From contig JBILLK010000011.1 in NCBI GenBank assembly GCA_044376115.1, positions 128,001 to 192,000 on the forward strand: a DNA stretch of 64,000 bases, read 5' to 3'. The notes beneath the pieces were generated by a model, which was not told where the DNA came from, searched no databases, and worked only from the letters and a program-made list of their open reading frames with translations. Made by a program: the position numbers and the translations under genes. The stretch is from Polyangiaceae bacterium. GTDB lineage: Bacteria; Myxococcota_A; Polyangia; Polyangiales; Polyangiaceae. Below are positions 32,816 through 43,585 of this stretch, one piece after another (position 1 is the stretch's first letter; each line of letters starts with the position of its first letter).

Positions 32816-33381
32816 AACAGCTCGTCGGCATTTTCGGCGGTAGCTTCAATCCGCCGCACGTGGCGCACGTACTTGGTGTCGCCTATGCGCAGTTGATCGC
32901 AGACTTCGACCGCGTGTTGGTGATTCCGGTCTTTCAACATCCGTTCGCGAAAGGGCTTGCGGCGTTCGAGCATCGTTTGCGCATGTGTGAGCTGGCCTTT
33001 GCGCAGCTTCCCTTCGTCACCGTAAGCGACGTTGAGCGACAACTCGGAGGTGAGAGCCGCACACTGCGGACGCTCGAGCACCTGTCTCAAGCTCATCCCG
33101 AGTGGGACCTGCGTTTGGTGCTCGGTACCGACGTCCTCTCTGACTTGCCCAAGTGGCATCGCTTCGATCGCATTGCTGAACTTGCGCCGCCGCTATTTCT
33201 TGAACGCGCGGGCCATCCCTCGCGGCCCGGTACGAGCGGCGTTTTGCCGGAGGTTTCAAGCACGGAGGTGCGTTCGCTGTTTGCGCGCGGCGATGAGTCT
33301 GCGGAGCGCCTCGGTCAGGTGGTCCCGCGCGCAGTTGTTGCTTACGCATCAGACCATTCACTCTACGCCAAGGAGCGCTGA
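32812..33381 (+). CDS. nadD: Nicotinate-nucleotide adenylyltransferase
   Basis: GIFGGSFNPPHVAH, HPFAK, LGTD...W, EVSSTEVR. Confidence 0.92.
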   Translation: MKQLVGIFGGSFNPPHVAHVLGVAYAQLIADFDRVLVIPVFQHPFAKGLAAFEHRLRMCELAFAQLPFVTVSDVERQLGGESRTLRTLEHLSQAHPEWDLRLVLGTDVLSDLPKWHRFDRIAELAPPLFLERAGHPSRPGTSGVLPEVSSTEVRSLFARGDESAERLGQVVPRAVVAYASDHSLYAKER

Positions 33382-34193
33382 TGCCTCTCCCGTCGCAACG
33401 AGTCATTTGTTTGGGGCGTGGCAACGTCGGCAAGACCTTCGCGGCAGCCCTCGGAGCGCATGGTGTCGAGGTGGAGCTGATTGCAGGTCGTGGAACTACT
33501 CCCGTGACGGTGCAAGGCGAGACGGTGCTACTGGCCGTGCCGGACGGCGCAATTCCCGCGGTTGCGCAGCGGGTGGTCGGCTCGAAGAGCACCATTGTGC
33601 ATTTCGCCGGTTCGCTTGGTGTGGCGCCGCTTGAGTCCCTGCGTGCGAGCGGCTTTCGCATCGGCGTCCTTCATCCGCTCATTTCGATTCCCAAGGTGCT
33701 TTCGCCCGAGGAGCTGCTTGGCGCGGCGCTGGTTGGGACGGGCGACGCGTCCGCGCTGAAGCTTGGCGCGCGTTGGGCCAAGACCCTGGGTATGCGCTGG
33801 GTCCACGTCGAACAGCTGGACCCAACGCGGTACCATGCAGGGGCCGCGCTGTTGGCCAATGGCGCGGTGGCGCTGGCTTGGCAGGCCGAGCGCCTATTGA
33901 TACAGGCCGGGGTGCCGGCCAACCAGGTTGGCGCAATGCTGGGTCCGCTGCTTGCGAGCGTGGCCAAGAACCTAACTCGCAGCGGCGCGCGCAAGGCGCT
34001 GTCGGGTCCCGTCGCGAGAGGGGATGCCAACACCTCGATGCGGCACTTGGAGCTGTTGCGTCGCACCAAACAGACCTCTGCCTTGAGAGCGTACGAGGGG
34101 GTGCTGGGGCTGCAGCTCGAGATGACTGGCCGCGACGTTTCTTCGTCGGTTGATGACGCACTGTTGCAGCTCTTGCTTGAAAAAAGTCAGTGA
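33381..34193 (+). CDS. Rossmann-like plus DUF2520 domain oxidoreductase
   Basis: GRGNVG, LAVPD, HFAGS, HPL, YHAGA, LSGPVARGD. Confidence 0.88.
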   Translation: MPLPSQRVICLGRGNVGKTFAAALGAHGVEVELIAGRGTTPVTVQGETVLLAVPDGAIPAVAQRVVGSKSTIVHFAGSLGVAPLESLRASGFRIGVLHPLISIPKVLSPEELLGAALVGTGDASALKLGARWAKTLGMRWVHVEQLDPTRYHAGAALLANGAVALAWQAERLLIQAGVPANQVGAMLGPLLASVAKNLTRSGARKALSGPVARGDANTSMRHLELLRRTKQTSALRAYEGVLGLQLEMTGRDVSSSVDDALLQLLLEKSQ

Positions 34194-34253
34194 TTTGAGC
34201 GCACGGTCTAGCTCTTGCACAGCTTGCGGAGGGCTCGTCGCGCGCCCCTGAAG

Positions 34254-34294
34254 TCAACCCGCCTTGATCCAGTTTGAGGGGTCTTGAAGGTCAA
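34254..34294. promoter_or_regulatory. Candidate transcription-factor binding array with 10-bp phased TCAA/TTGA boxes
   Basis: TCAA at 34254, TTGA at 34264, 34274 and 34284, TCAA at 34291; about 50 bp upstream of the activator ATG. Confidence 0.35.
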
Positions 34295-34341
34295 GGGCCT
34301 GTTGCCGCGATGGCGCACCTTTGATACGCAAAGAGAGTCGT

Positions 34342-37300
34342 ATGGGTGCCTACTCTCTCGCTGCAGCTACCGAAACAGAGCGAGTGGAGCCGCAGGGCCC
34401 GCCCGCAGCCGCGCAAGCCGTTGGTGCCTTTGAGGCGCTGTCACAGTGGTTGATGCACCGGCCGTTGCCGAGTTCGGCCCTGGTGAGCGGTACGGATCTC
34501 AGCGTCTTCGCCATCGCGGACCACGTCGTTCGCTGTCTATCCGGTTTGCGCGTAGCGCGTGGCGCCGGGGCCCTGGGTGTTGAAGGCTTCATCGACCTGC
34601 AGCGAGCGATGTCGGAGTCGCTCTCGAACGAGGGCCCACGCTCCATTCGCGCGTCTGAAGGCACCGTGCGGATCTCGCCGGTGGAACTGGCCTCAAAGCT
34701 GCGCGCACTCGCCGAGCAAACGGATTGCCATTGTTTGTTGGTAGTGGACTCCGTGGTCTCAACGTTTGGTCGACAAGTTTTTGCTGAGGTCGCCAAGCTC
34801 GGCACGCCGGTCGTTTGGGTGGTCGGCAGTGCGGTCGCTCACCATCAAGCGAGCTTCGTCCACTTTGAGCTGCCGGCCACTCTCGAGGCCGCAGAAGTTG
34901 CTCGATGGTGGTCGCTGGCGGCGAAGGGCGCGGCGTCACAAATCGCCGAAGGATCCATCGAACAACTCGAGATGTGGTGGCGCCGGTCGGCCCGCGGGTT
35001 GGCGAGAGCTTTTGTCCACCCCCACAATGAGCTTGCTGCGCGATTGCGTTTGATTGGTCGAGCGGTGCCCCTCCACTTGCTCAGCGGCCTGCTAGGCGCT
35101 GAGGCCGTGTCCAACCTGGATGAACTTGAGCAAGACCCGTCGATTGACCGAGTAGGCTCTTGGTTCTTCGCGCGACCGGTAGCTCAAGTCGAGCCGATGA
35201 GCGCGGAGGCGCGTGATGCCGCGGTCCTTGTGCTTGAGCGTCTGGCAAGCTCAGGCGCCGCGCTCGATGCGTGGGCGCTGCTGCGAGCCGCGGAGCTCGC
35301 CTACGCCGTTCCAACGGAAGCAGTGGCCGTGGACGCCACGTCCTCTGCGCGTGGAGACCAGCTCGCGTTGCGTGCTGTGTCGTCTGCGCCAGACGCAGCT
35401 GCGCGGGGCGAGTTCTGGCAACGAGTCTTGCAGGCGATGCCCGCGGTCGCAGGGGAAGGGCCGTTGCGAGCCGCCCGCATCGCCTTGCTGCCATCGTGGG
35501 TTGAGTTCGCGCTCACTGCGGGTGACGCCGACGTTGCGCTTCGCTTGGCCCGCCAGCTGTGTGAACTCGACGGAGGTTCTGACCGGCCGCAGCACGTCTT
35601 GCTGCTGGGCCGCGCGCTCTCCGCAACCGGTGACCTCAGTGCGGCAACCGGACTGCTCGAACGCGTAGCGAACGATCTTTCGGTGGGGCTCGCATCACGC
35701 GCTCGTGCCGCCGTAGAACTCGCTGAGGCTCGGTACTTCTCCAATGACCTCGCTGGAGCCGCAGAAGCGGCGACGGTCGCTGCGACTTCGGCCGAGGCTG
35801 CCACCGAGAGTGGGCTTGCGCGTTCGCTCTTTCTCGACGCTCGCAATGTGCAAGGCAAGCTGCTGTTGGCCAGCGGCGACTTTGAAAATGCCGAGCGCCA
35901 CTTCGTGACGGACGCTTGCGATGCCGCCATTCTTGGAGAGCGTTCTCTCGAGCTGCGTGCTCGCGCGAATCGCGCAATCGCGGTGATGTCGCAGGGGCGT
36001 CGGTCCGAGGCGCAGTCGATGCTCGAAGCCATCCTGCACGACGCAGAGGAACTCGGAGAGCTTCGCGCCATCGGTATTGCTCTCATCAATTTGGCGCCGC
36101 TCGCCATTTTTGACCACCGCTACATGGACGCCCTGGAACTCTCGGAGCGCTCGGTGGAGGTACTGCGCCGGATCGGGGACAAGGTTCGCTTGGCCCGCGT
36201 CGTGGCAAACCTTGCAGAGCTTCGCCTTCGTCTCGGTCTCGTGGATGAAGCCGCGCACGCCATCCGCTTCGCCCTTCCGGTCTTTCGCGGGGGCCCTCCT
36301 GCCGAACGTGTTTGGCACAGTTCCCTGCTTCTGGGCCGAGTTGCGCTGGCCAAGGGAGATACGGCGAGTGCGCAGCGACACGTCAACGATGCGCTCGCTG
36401 CGGTAGGCGCCGGCAGCGTTCTGCGGTTGCCTCCCGGTGACCCTTCGCTTGCCAACGTCGCTCGTGGTCCCGTTCATTCGCGTATCTGCGACGCGTTGTT
36501 GGTCGGGGCGCGCGCAGCTCTTGAAGACGGAGATGTCGTGCGGGCCGAGCTTTACGTCTCGCGTGCAGACACGGATCGGGTACCGCCGCGCTCAGCCGCT
36601 TCGGTGCTCTTGTGCCGCGCGCTATTGGCCCGTGCGAAGGGGGAGGAGTTCTTGCCAACTGCTACCGCCGCTCTGCAAGCTGCGCGAGAGCTCGATGACG
36701 ATGAGCTTTTGATCGAGGCGCACCTGCTTTTGCACCAGGGTCATGTGCTGACTGGGGCGCGCTCCTCGGCCAAGCATCATCTTCTTTCCGCCCTTGCAAC
36801 ACGTGACCGCGTGAGTGACCCGCTGTCGCCGGAGTTGCGCACTGCGTTCCTCTCGCGGCGGGACTTGCTTGAACTCGCCCGGGCGCAGCAAACCTTCGAG
36901 GGGGATGAGGCGCTCTCGTGGGATGCTCCGTCGTCTCGTGGGCAGGGTCTTTCAGCGGCTTCAGCTTCGAGTTCGGGTTCGTTCCGAGCCGAAGCTCGAG
37001 TCCCCGAATCTGCGCGAGAGCCAGGCATGTTTGTCGGGAGCCACCCAACCATGAAGGCGCTGCAGAATGCTGTGCGCAAGGTTGGCTCAAGCGATTCGAC
37101 CGTGCTTATTCACGGGGAGAGCGGAACCGGCAAGGAGCTCGTCGCCGAGGCCCTCCACCAGTGTAGCCACCGGGCGAAGGGGCCACTCGTCAAAGTCAAC
37201 TGCGCTGCGCTGGTCGAGACGCTGCTGCTCAGCGAACTGTTTGGTTACGAGAAGGGGGCATTCACCGGAGCTGCAAGCCGGCGCCGCGGGCGCTTTGAAG

Positions 37301-38208
37301 CGGCCGAAGGTGGAACGTTGTTCCTCGATGAGATCGGCGATATCTCGGCGCGTACGCAGGTCGCGTTGTTGCGTGTTCTTCAAGAGAAGACCTTCGAGCG
37401 GGTTGGTGGCAACACCTCGGTTCGAGCAGACGTCCGTATCGTTTGTGCTACCCACCGCGACCTCAAAGCACTGGTGGAGGCCGGGCAATTCCGTGAGGAC
37501 CTCTACTATCGGCTCTGTGGCATAGTGCTTCAGGTCCCCGCCCTTCGAAAAAGGCGCTCGGACATTGGCGCTCTCTCAAGCATTCTTTTGGCGCGAATCG
37601 CGGAAGAGCGAGGTGGGGCCGTTAAAAAGCTGTCGCAACGCGCACTTTTGGCGCTTGGTACCCACACGTGGCCCGGCAATGTGCGCGAATTGGAGAACGC
37701 GCTGCGTGCTGCTTCTGTCTTTGCCGAAGGGCAGGAAATCGAACTCGAGGACTTCGCCGAGAATGTCGAGAGTTTGCGGCATCTTGCAGACTCGTCGTTC
37801 GAGCTGGCAAGCGCCCCCGGGGCGCCCAAGGTTCAGGAACTTCCGCGGGCCCTCTCTTCAGCGCCGGCTACACCGCCAGCCTCATTGGTGGTTGGCGCCG
37901 ATGTTGCACCGTCCCAAGGCGTGAACGCTGCACCGTCAAGCCTCTCGCAGTCCTCGGCGCCGGCCGAAGTGGCCTATGCCGCGGTACGGGGCGGAATCAG
38001 CCTTCACGACATCAAGCGAACGATTGAACGAGACTGCATTGCCCGTGCGCTTTCCGAGACCAACGGGAACATTACTCGCGCAGCCGCAGTTCTCGGAATG
38101 AAGCGGCCAAGGCTCTCCCAGCTCGTCAAGCAGTACGAGCTAGGTGCCCAGCTTGATGGCGCGCCCGCCAGTGATGATTTCGACTCTGCAGCCGCAGAGG
38201 AGGAGTGA
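34342..38208 (+). CDS. Sigma54-dependent enhancer-binding protein with a very long helical/TPR-like N-terminus and Fis-type HTH
   Basis: [56 protein letters not shown]. Start at ATG 34342 (TTG 34321 is the alternative). Confidence 0.95.
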   Translation: MGAYSLAAATETERVEPQGPPAAAQAVGAFEALSQWLMHRPLPSSALVSGTDLSVFAIADHVVRCLSGLRVARGAGALGVEGFIDLQRAMSESLSNEGPRSIRASEGTVRISPVELASKLRALAEQTDCHCLLVVDSVVSTFGRQVFAEVAKLGTPVVWVVGSAVAHHQASFVHFELPATLEAAEVARWWSLAAKGAASQIAEGSIEQLEMWWRRSARGLARAFVHPHNELAARLRLIGRAVPLHLLSGLLGAEAVSNLDELEQDPSIDRVGSWFFARPVAQVEPMSAEARDAAVLVLERLASSGAALDAWALLRAAELAYAVPTEAVAVDATSSARGDQLALRAVSSAPDAAARGEFWQRVLQAMPAVAGEGPLRAARIALLPSWVEFALTAGDADVALRLARQLCELDGGSDRPQHVLLLGRALSATGDLSAATGLLERVANDLSVGLASRARAAVELAEARYFSNDLAGAAEAATVAATSAEAATESGLARSLFLDARNVQGKLLLASGDFENAERHFVTDACDAAILGERSLELRARANRAIAVMSQGRRSEAQSMLEAILHDAEELGELRAIGIALINLAPLAIFDHRYMDALELSERSVEVLRRIGDKVRLARVVANLAELRLRLGLVDEAAHAIRFALPVFRGGPPAERVWHSSLLLGRVALAKGDTASAQRHVNDALAAVGAGSVLRLPPGDPSLANVARGPVHSRICDALLVGARAALEDGDVVRAELYVSRADTDRVPPRSAASVLLCRALLARAKGEEFLPTATAALQAARELDDDELLIEAHLLLHQGHVLTGARSSAKHHLLSALATRDRVSDPLSPELRTAFLSRRDLLELARAQQTFEGDEALSWDAPSSRGQGLSAASASSSGSFRAEARVPESAREPGMFVGSHPTMKALQNAVRKVGSSDSTVLIHGESGTGKELVAEALHQCSHRAKGPLVKVNCAALVETLLLSELFGYEKGAFTGAASRRRGRFEAAEGGTLFLDEIGDISARTQVALLRVLQEKTFERVGGNTSVRADVRIVCATHRDLKALVEAGQFREDLYYRLCGIVLQVPALRKRRSDIGALSSILLARIAEERGGAVKKLSQRALLALGTHTWPGNVRELENALRAASVFAEGQEIELEDFAENVESLRHLADSSFELASAPGAPKVQELPRALSSAPATPPASLVVGADVAPSQGVNAAPSSLSQSSAPAEVAYAAVRGGISLHDIKRTIERDCIARALSETNGNITRAAAVLGMKRPRLSQLVKQYELGAQLDGAPASDDFDSAAAEEE

Positions 38209-38209
38209 T

Positions 38210-38536
38210 ATGAAACCGTCTGTGTGTCGTAAGTTGTGCCTGATGCTTGGCGGTCTCTTGGTGGCTGCTGTCGGCTGCGTCGATGAGTCGCAGGAGACCG
38301 AGTCTGTCGAAAACGCTGGCGAAGCGCTGCTCATCGAGCAGGGACAACACAGCCTCCGTCCCGAAGCGGACGCGGATGAGGTCGTGCTCGACCGAAGTCC
38401 GATCGACGAGTTGCGACTCGAGGAGATTGGCCCGGCTGCGCCTGGTACGAACAACACTGAGCCCGAGCCGATCCCGTGGAATGGCCCCAAGCCGGATCCC
38501 AGCGATGATGACACCTACTCGGGGACGCCTACCTAG
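38210..38536 (+). CDS. Small exported acidic (lipo)peptide, 108 aa, with a PEPIPW motif
   Basis: GAGGAGGAG RBS inside the upstream gene end, ATG 1 nt after its stop, signal peptide with AVGC lipobox, terminator downstream. Confidence 0.8.
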   Translation: MKPSVCRKLCLMLGGLLVAAVGCVDESQETESVENAGEALLIEQGQHSLRPEADADEVVLDRSPIDELRLEEIGPAAPGTNNTEPEPIPWNGPKPDPSDDDTYSGTPT

Positions 38537-38588
38537 GCCGTAAAGTATGGCGTCGCCGCAACCACGGCAGCCGTCGGTTTGAATCATC

Positions 38589-38620
38589 AGGCTCCTCCCG
38601 AGAGGAGCCTTTTTTCTTTT
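38589..38620 (+). terminator. Rho-independent terminator
   Basis: AGGCTCCTC-ccga-GAGGAGCCT followed by TTTTTCTTTT. Confidence 0.92.
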
Positions 38621-38706
38621 GGGCGAACCCTGCGTCGGCATCCGTCATCGCTCCGTCGAGTTGGCGCGAGTCTTTCGTCGGAGTGCGGGACTAAGATGAT
38701 CCGAGC

Positions 38707-40848
38707 ATGCTCTACGAACTACGCACACGAACTGCGGTCGTGGTCGGCGCCTTGGCCATCGCGCTTGCAGCCTCAACGTTGCTGCGTGGTCGTCCCCGCC
38801 GGGTTCACCTGCTGTTTAGCTTCTTCTCGGCGACGCTCGGACTTTGGTACCTGACCCAGTCGTTCTACGGCTTCTTCCAGTCCTTGATTTGGCAGCGGAC
38901 GACAGCCCTCTTGGCGGTGTTGTTGCCGGTGCTCGCCATCGGGCTTTTCGAGTCGATGGTACCGCGCGATTCGGCCTCGAAAGGCTGGGTGTTTCGCACG
39001 GCGCTGGTCCTCTCGGTTCCGCTCTTGGGGATTCAGTTGACCCCACTCTGGGACAACTCCCTCGTTCGGACTGGAGTGTTCGTCTACGTGTTCTTCTTCA
39101 TCACCGCCGGGCTCTACGAGTTGGGCCAACGCGGTGCTGGCAGCCCTTCGCGCACGACCAAACGGCGCGTTCGCATCCTCGTCGTCATTGGAGCGCTCGC
39201 AGGGTTAGCAACGATTCTCGACTTCTTGTGGATCCTCGGCGTGCGAACGCCGCCGGTCGGCGCAGTGCTCTCGGTCGTGTTCGTATTCGCACTGTCGCAA
39301 GCGCTAGAGAGCAAGCGCTTGCTCGATCTTTCGGAGCTACTTGGTCGCCTGATGGTGGCGGCAGCGGTGGCATTTCTGATCGCCTTCATCTTCTACATCC
39401 TGCTGACTTATCTCGGCGGGTTCAACACGATGTATTTGAACGCGGTACTCGCCGCTACGGTGGTGCTGGTTCTCTACGAACCGCTTCAGGCGCGAGTCGA
39501 GGAGCAGATCCGCAGACTGTTCTTTCGCGAACGGTTCGATCTCGAGGGGGCTCTCGCTGACGTTCGGCGAAAGTTAGTCCACACCTTGGACGTCGGTGAA
39601 ATGGCTTCGATGGTGATGGAGGCACTCGAGAGTTCACGGCGCGTTACCGAAGCCGGGCTCTTCTTGCGTGACCAAGAAGGGACTGGCTTCGACCAAATCG
39701 GTGCTCTCGGTGAGGGGGTCCCAGCGCGGATTGAACTTGCGACGTCGCGTAAGCTGCTCGAGGGCTTGGAGCTCGGCAGCATCTTGCTCGAGCACGTCGA
39801 ACGCGACATCAAGGAGCATGCAACACGCGGTGAGCGATTCACCTCGGGCGATGCCATCATGAGTGCGGCGGAGGTGCTCGGGTCGCTCAAGAATGGTGCG
39901 TTGGTCGCGATTCGTGATGGCGGTCGAGACGTTGTCGCGCTGATGGCGGTTGCTGATCGTCGGGTGACCGATGCGATCAGTCACGACGAGATCGGTTTGG
40001 TCGAACAGCTGGCCACTCAAGTGGGCGTCGTGATCGAGAACTCACGCTCCTACCAGCAGATGAAAGAGCGAGATCGGCTCGCGTTGCTTGGTCAAATGTC
40101 GGCCGGGCTAGCCCACGAAATCCGCAATCCACTCGGCGCGATCAAGGGCGCCGCGCAGTTGCTCGCGGATCCGGGGCCGGGCGCCACGGAAGATCCGGTC
40201 GCGCGCGAGTTCATCGGCATCATCCTCGAGGAGGTTGAGCGGCTCAACCGCGTGGTCGGCTCAGTGCTCGACCTGGCGAGGCCAGGCGATCTCTCGGTCG
40301 TTCCAGTCGATGTCAACGCCGTGGTGCGTCGCACTCTGCAGGTGCTCTCGACTGAACGACGCGCTGAAGATGTTGAGGTGCAGTCATTGTTGGCGAACGA
40401 TCTACCGCGCGTAGCGATCGATCCGGAACAACTACGGCAAGTGTTGATCAACCTGGTGCGCAACGCTCTTCAGGCTGTTGGCGCGCGCGGCAAGGTGACG
40501 CTCTCGACGCGTGTGCGCTTTGGCCGCGGCACTCGCTCTGGCAAAAGCGAGACCGAGTCCTTCGTTGAGCTGACGGTCGCTGACACAGGCCCTGGCATTT
40601 CCCGAAGCACGCTCGAGAAGCTCTTTCTTCCGTTCTTCACGACGAAGGAGAAGGGCACCGGGCTCGGTTTGGCGATCAGTCAACGCATCGTACAGGGGGC
40701 CGGTGGGCGCATCGAGGTTCGCTCCCACGAGGGGAAGGGGTCCACCTTCTCCGTGGTGCTGCCAGCGGCCCCAGAGGGCCTTTCTACCCCCACACCCGGC
40801 CCCACACGCGCATCGTCGGCCCAGGAGCAGCCTGGGCCGCCTGGCTGA
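38707..40848 (+). CDS. Multi-TM sensor histidine kinase with GAF-like domain (NtrB-type H-box)
   Basis: Many N-terminal TM helices, AHEIRNPLG, NLVRNA, DTGPGI, FFTTKEKGTGLGL. Confidence 0.94.
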   Translation: MLYELRTRTAVVVGALAIALAASTLLRGRPRRVHLLFSFFSATLGLWYLTQSFYGFFQSLIWQRTTALLAVLLPVLAIGLFESMVPRDSASKGWVFRTALVLSVPLLGIQLTPLWDNSLVRTGVFVYVFFFITAGLYELGQRGAGSPSRTTKRRVRILVVIGALAGLATILDFLWILGVRTPPVGAVLSVVFVFALSQALESKRLLDLSELLGRLMVAAAVAFLIAFIFYILLTYLGGFNTMYLNAVLAATVVLVLYEPLQARVEEQIRRLFFRERFDLEGALADVRRKLVHTLDVGEMASMVMEALESSRRVTEAGLFLRDQEGTGFDQIGALGEGVPARIELATSRKLLEGLELGSILLEHVERDIKEHATRGERFTSGDAIMSAAEVLGSLKNGALVAIRDGGRDVVALMAVADRRVTDAISHDEIGLVEQLATQVGVVIENSRSYQQMKERDRLALLGQMSAGLAHEIRNPLGAIKGAAQLLADPGPGATEDPVAREFIGIILEEVERLNRVVGSVLDLARPGDLSVVPVDVNAVVRRTLQVLSTERRAEDVEVQSLLANDLPRVAIDPEQLRQVLINLVRNALQAVGARGKVTLSTRVRFGRGTRSGKSETESFVELTVADTGPGISRSTLEKLFLPFFTTKEKGTGLGLAISQRIVQGAGGRIEVRSHEGKGSTFSVVLPAAPEGLSTPTPGPTRASSAQEQPGPPG

Positions 40849-40849
40849 G

Positions 40850-41803
40850 CTACTCGACCTGGAGGTACTGCTGAGCGATCAGCTTCAGCATCGTCTCGGC
40901 CGTCTCGAGATCCGTTGCTGGGCTCTTGTTGAGAATGGTTGCGACGTGCCCAAAGTTGATCGCGAGCTGAAGCACGTCGAGCTCGACCGGGCTCAGCTTG
41001 CGCAGAGACGCAACGAGCGGATGCACGAGCAGCACACGCGCATCCAAGTCTGGGAGCCTGTGACGGAGATTGTTGAGTTCGTCGATCTGACGAAGCCCCT
41101 CCATCAGGATCTCCTGAACCGACGCGTCGATCTCGCCTTCGATCGGATGCTCGTCGTACGGCTCGAGTGAGAACGTACCGGTGGTCCACGTGAGGATGCG
41201 GTAGACGCTCTTGAGTGGCGGAACTTCCTCGAGATCGTTGATCGAGGCGAACACGATCTGCCCCTTGCGCATCACGATCTTGCCGATGTCCTCGTCGGAC
41301 TGCACGACGAGAATGCCGCTCTTTTTCGAGGTACCAAGCAGCTGCAGAAGGTCGGGAAGCGGGATCTCGTCGATCGCTCCGGACATGGTTTTGCCCGGTT
41401 GATTGCGTGGAGCTTCTCCGCCGGTTTGCCGACGGCCGGTGCCGTTCGTTTGATCGCTCAGCACCACCTTGAGGATGCTCGTGCCGATGAGAACGCGGTC
41501 GCCCTCTTTGAGAGTCGAGCGCTTGATCTTTTCTCCGTTAACGAACGTGCCGTTCGTGCTGTTGAGATCTTCGATCGCTATTTCGACGTCGGTACACGCG
41601 ATTCGCGCGTGCTTGCGCGAGACCATGTCTTCGACAAGGACCATGTCGAGATCGCTCGATCGTCCAATTACGATCTCGCGATTCTCCGCGAGGGGGAACT
41701 CGCCTCCCTGATACTTCCCCGAAATGAACCGCAGAGCGAGTTGGCTCAGCGGTCCCCTGGGAGGTTGGTTTTCCATCGGATAGAGCGGCGGGTTTGGGTT
41801 CAA
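40850..41803 (-). CDS. FHA plus DUF4388 domain protein
   Basis: FHA motifs IGRS, VSRKHA, DLNSTNGTFVNG. DUF4388-like MSGAIDEIPLPDLLQLL...KSG.L...W..G.F. Alternative start at 41776. Confidence 0.9.
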   Translation of the reverse strand: MNPNPPLYPMENQPPRGPLSQLALRFISGKYQGGEFPLAENREIVIGRSSDLDMVLVEDMVSRKHARIACTDVEIAIEDLNSTNGTFVNGEKIKRSTLKEGDRVLIGTSILKVVLSDQTNGTGRRQTGGEAPRNQPGKTMSGAIDEIPLPDLLQLLGTSKKSGILVVQSDEDIGKIVMRKGQIVFASINDLEEVPPLKSVYRILTWTTGTFSLEPYDEHPIEGEIDASVQEILMEGLRQIDELNNLRHRLPDLDARVLLVHPLVASLRKLSPVELDVLQLAINFGHVATILNKSPATDLETAETMLKLIAQQYLQVE

Positions 41804-41934
41804 GATGGCTGCTGGGTTGTTCTAGCGAGCCTAATGCGCAAGGAGAGTAGTTTCTGATGCCAACTGCGGTCAAGTTGAGCATCGGCTCTTGAACGTCGTT
41901 CCCGCCGCTTTGGAAAAAAGGCATCGTTCTTCCC

Positions 41935-42981
41935 ATGGAATTAGGTGACCCCCTCGGACTACATCGCGTCATCCCGGAGGCAGACCCCTCTGCGCCCCTC
42001 CCGCTGCCCCAGCGGGCCTCCAGGTTGGACAATGACCCCAAAAAGCGCTTCGCCAGTGAAATCGTTGTAGAAGTTTCCACGCTGAACATCGACGCAGCTA
42101 GTTTTCGTCAGATGGAGGAGGAGGCGGGTGACCCGCAGGGGGTTGGCCCGATCGTCCTTCGCACGATTGGTCACCGCGGTAAGCAGCACAACCCGGTCAC
42201 CGGTTCGGGCGGTATGTTGCTCGGCCGCGTCTCTTGGGTGGGAGAAGCCGTCACGGAGCGCGCCGCCGTGGGAGACCGCATCGCGACCCTCGCGTCGCTG
42301 TCGCTCACGCCTTTACACGTTGAGAAGGTGCTGGCAGTGCGTGCTGCAAGCGCCCAGGTCGACGTTGAGGGCACAGCCTTTATCTTTGCGACGGCCCCAT
42401 TCGCGAAACTCCCGAAGGACCTAAATGAGCGCTTGGCGCTGGCGGTGCTCGACGTAGCCGGCGCGGCTCCGCAAGTCGCTCGCTTGGTCACGCCGAAGCA
42501 AACCGTGCTGGTGTTGGGCGCGGGAGGAAAAAGCGGCATCCTGTGTTGCGCAGAGGCGCGACGGCGTCTGGGTAAGTCTGGGCGGCTGATCGGCCTTGAG
42601 ACCCATCCTGGCTACGCCAAGGAACTCAACTCGCTTGGGCTTTGCGACATGGTCGTGGAGGCCGATGCGCGCGACGTCGTGGCCGTTCGCGACCGCGTGG
42701 CGGAGCTTACGGAAGGCGAGGGGGCTGACGTGACCTTCAGCTGCGTAAACACGCCTGGGTGCGAAATGGGAGCCATCTTGGCCACCAAGGATCGGGGCAA
42801 GGTGTACTTCTTTGCGATGTCGACCTCGTTCACGGCTTGCGCGCTTGGTGCTGAGGGCGTCGGCGCGGACGTTGACCTGCTCATCGGCAACGGCTTCGCT
42901 GAAGGGCACGCCGACCACACCTTGACGCTCGTTCGTGAGGACAACCGCCTGCGCTCGTTGTTCGAGCGTCGCTACACCTGA
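41935..42981 (+). CDS. kdd: L-erythro-3,5-diaminohexanoate dehydrogenase
   Basis: GLHRVI, LNIDAASF, RGKQHNPVTGSGGML, ATLASLSLTPL, LDVAGA, GAGGKSG, FFAMSTSF. Confidence 0.9.
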   Translation: MELGDPLGLHRVIPEADPSAPLPLPQRASRLDNDPKKRFASEIVVEVSTLNIDAASFRQMEEEAGDPQGVGPIVLRTIGHRGKQHNPVTGSGGMLLGRVSWVGEAVTERAAVGDRIATLASLSLTPLHVEKVLAVRAASAQVDVEGTAFIFATAPFAKLPKDLNERLALAVLDVAGAAPQVARLVTPKQTVLVLGAGGKSGILCCAEARRRLGKSGRLIGLETHPGYAKELNSLGLCDMVVEADARDVVAVRDRVAELTEGEGADVTFSCVNTPGCEMGAILATKDRGKVYFFAMSTSFTACALGAEGVGADVDLLIGNGFAEGHADHTLTLVREDNRLRSLFERRYT

Positions 42982-43147
42982 GTCAGTCGAGTTTGGCAAC
43001 GCTCCCCGTTCTCTGGGCGCGTCGCCGCGGGCAATCGACCATCTGCTCACCACAAATCGATACTTCGTACACGAAGCAACTTGCTCTTCGCGGCCGTCGA
43101 GGGTACTCACGCTCGCTCATTCGGGCCCACTCACGGGAGGCACCACC

Positions 43148-43486
43148 ATGGCTGTCGATATTCAGAACCTGTTCAACACCGAAATCCCCGCAGCGATTGC
43201 GAAGAACGCAGACGCAGCGAAAGAAGTTGGCGCAAAGTACCAGTTCGTCATCACCGGCGACGGCGGCGGCGAGTGGTTCATCGACCTCACGGCGTCCGGC
43301 CCCACCGCAGTTGCCGGCAACCCCGGTGGCTCGGACTGCTCGCTGACCATGACCAGCGAGGACTTCCAGAAGCTGTACGAGAATCCCGATGCCAACGGCA
43401 TGCAGCTGTTCTTCGCGGGCAAGCTCAAGGTCGCCGGCAACCAGATGTTGGCGATGAAGCTCAAGAAGCTGTTCGCGCTGAAGTGA
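43148..43486 (+). CDS. SCP2 sterol/lipid-binding domain protein
   Basis: GGGAGG RBS. YQFVITGDGGGEW...MQLFFAGKLKVAGNQMLAMKL. Confidence 0.92.
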   Translation: MAVDIQNLFNTEIPAAIAKNADAAKEVGAKYQFVITGDGGGEWFIDLTASGPTAVAGNPGGSDCSLTMTSEDFQKLYENPDANGMQLFFAGKLKVAGNQMLAMKLKKLFALK

Positions 43487-43585
43487 TGTGCATCGCGGAG
43501 GCATGAACTCCGCCAAGTTGAAGTACCCATCGGCTCGCGGGAACGTCCCGTGGGCCGATGTTGTTTGCCGGGATGGAGGGGTTCG

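Noticed and set aside
34311..34325. Sigma54 promoter upstream of the activator (TGGCGCACCTTTGAT)
   Set aside because: It lacks GC at the required GG-N10-GC spacing.
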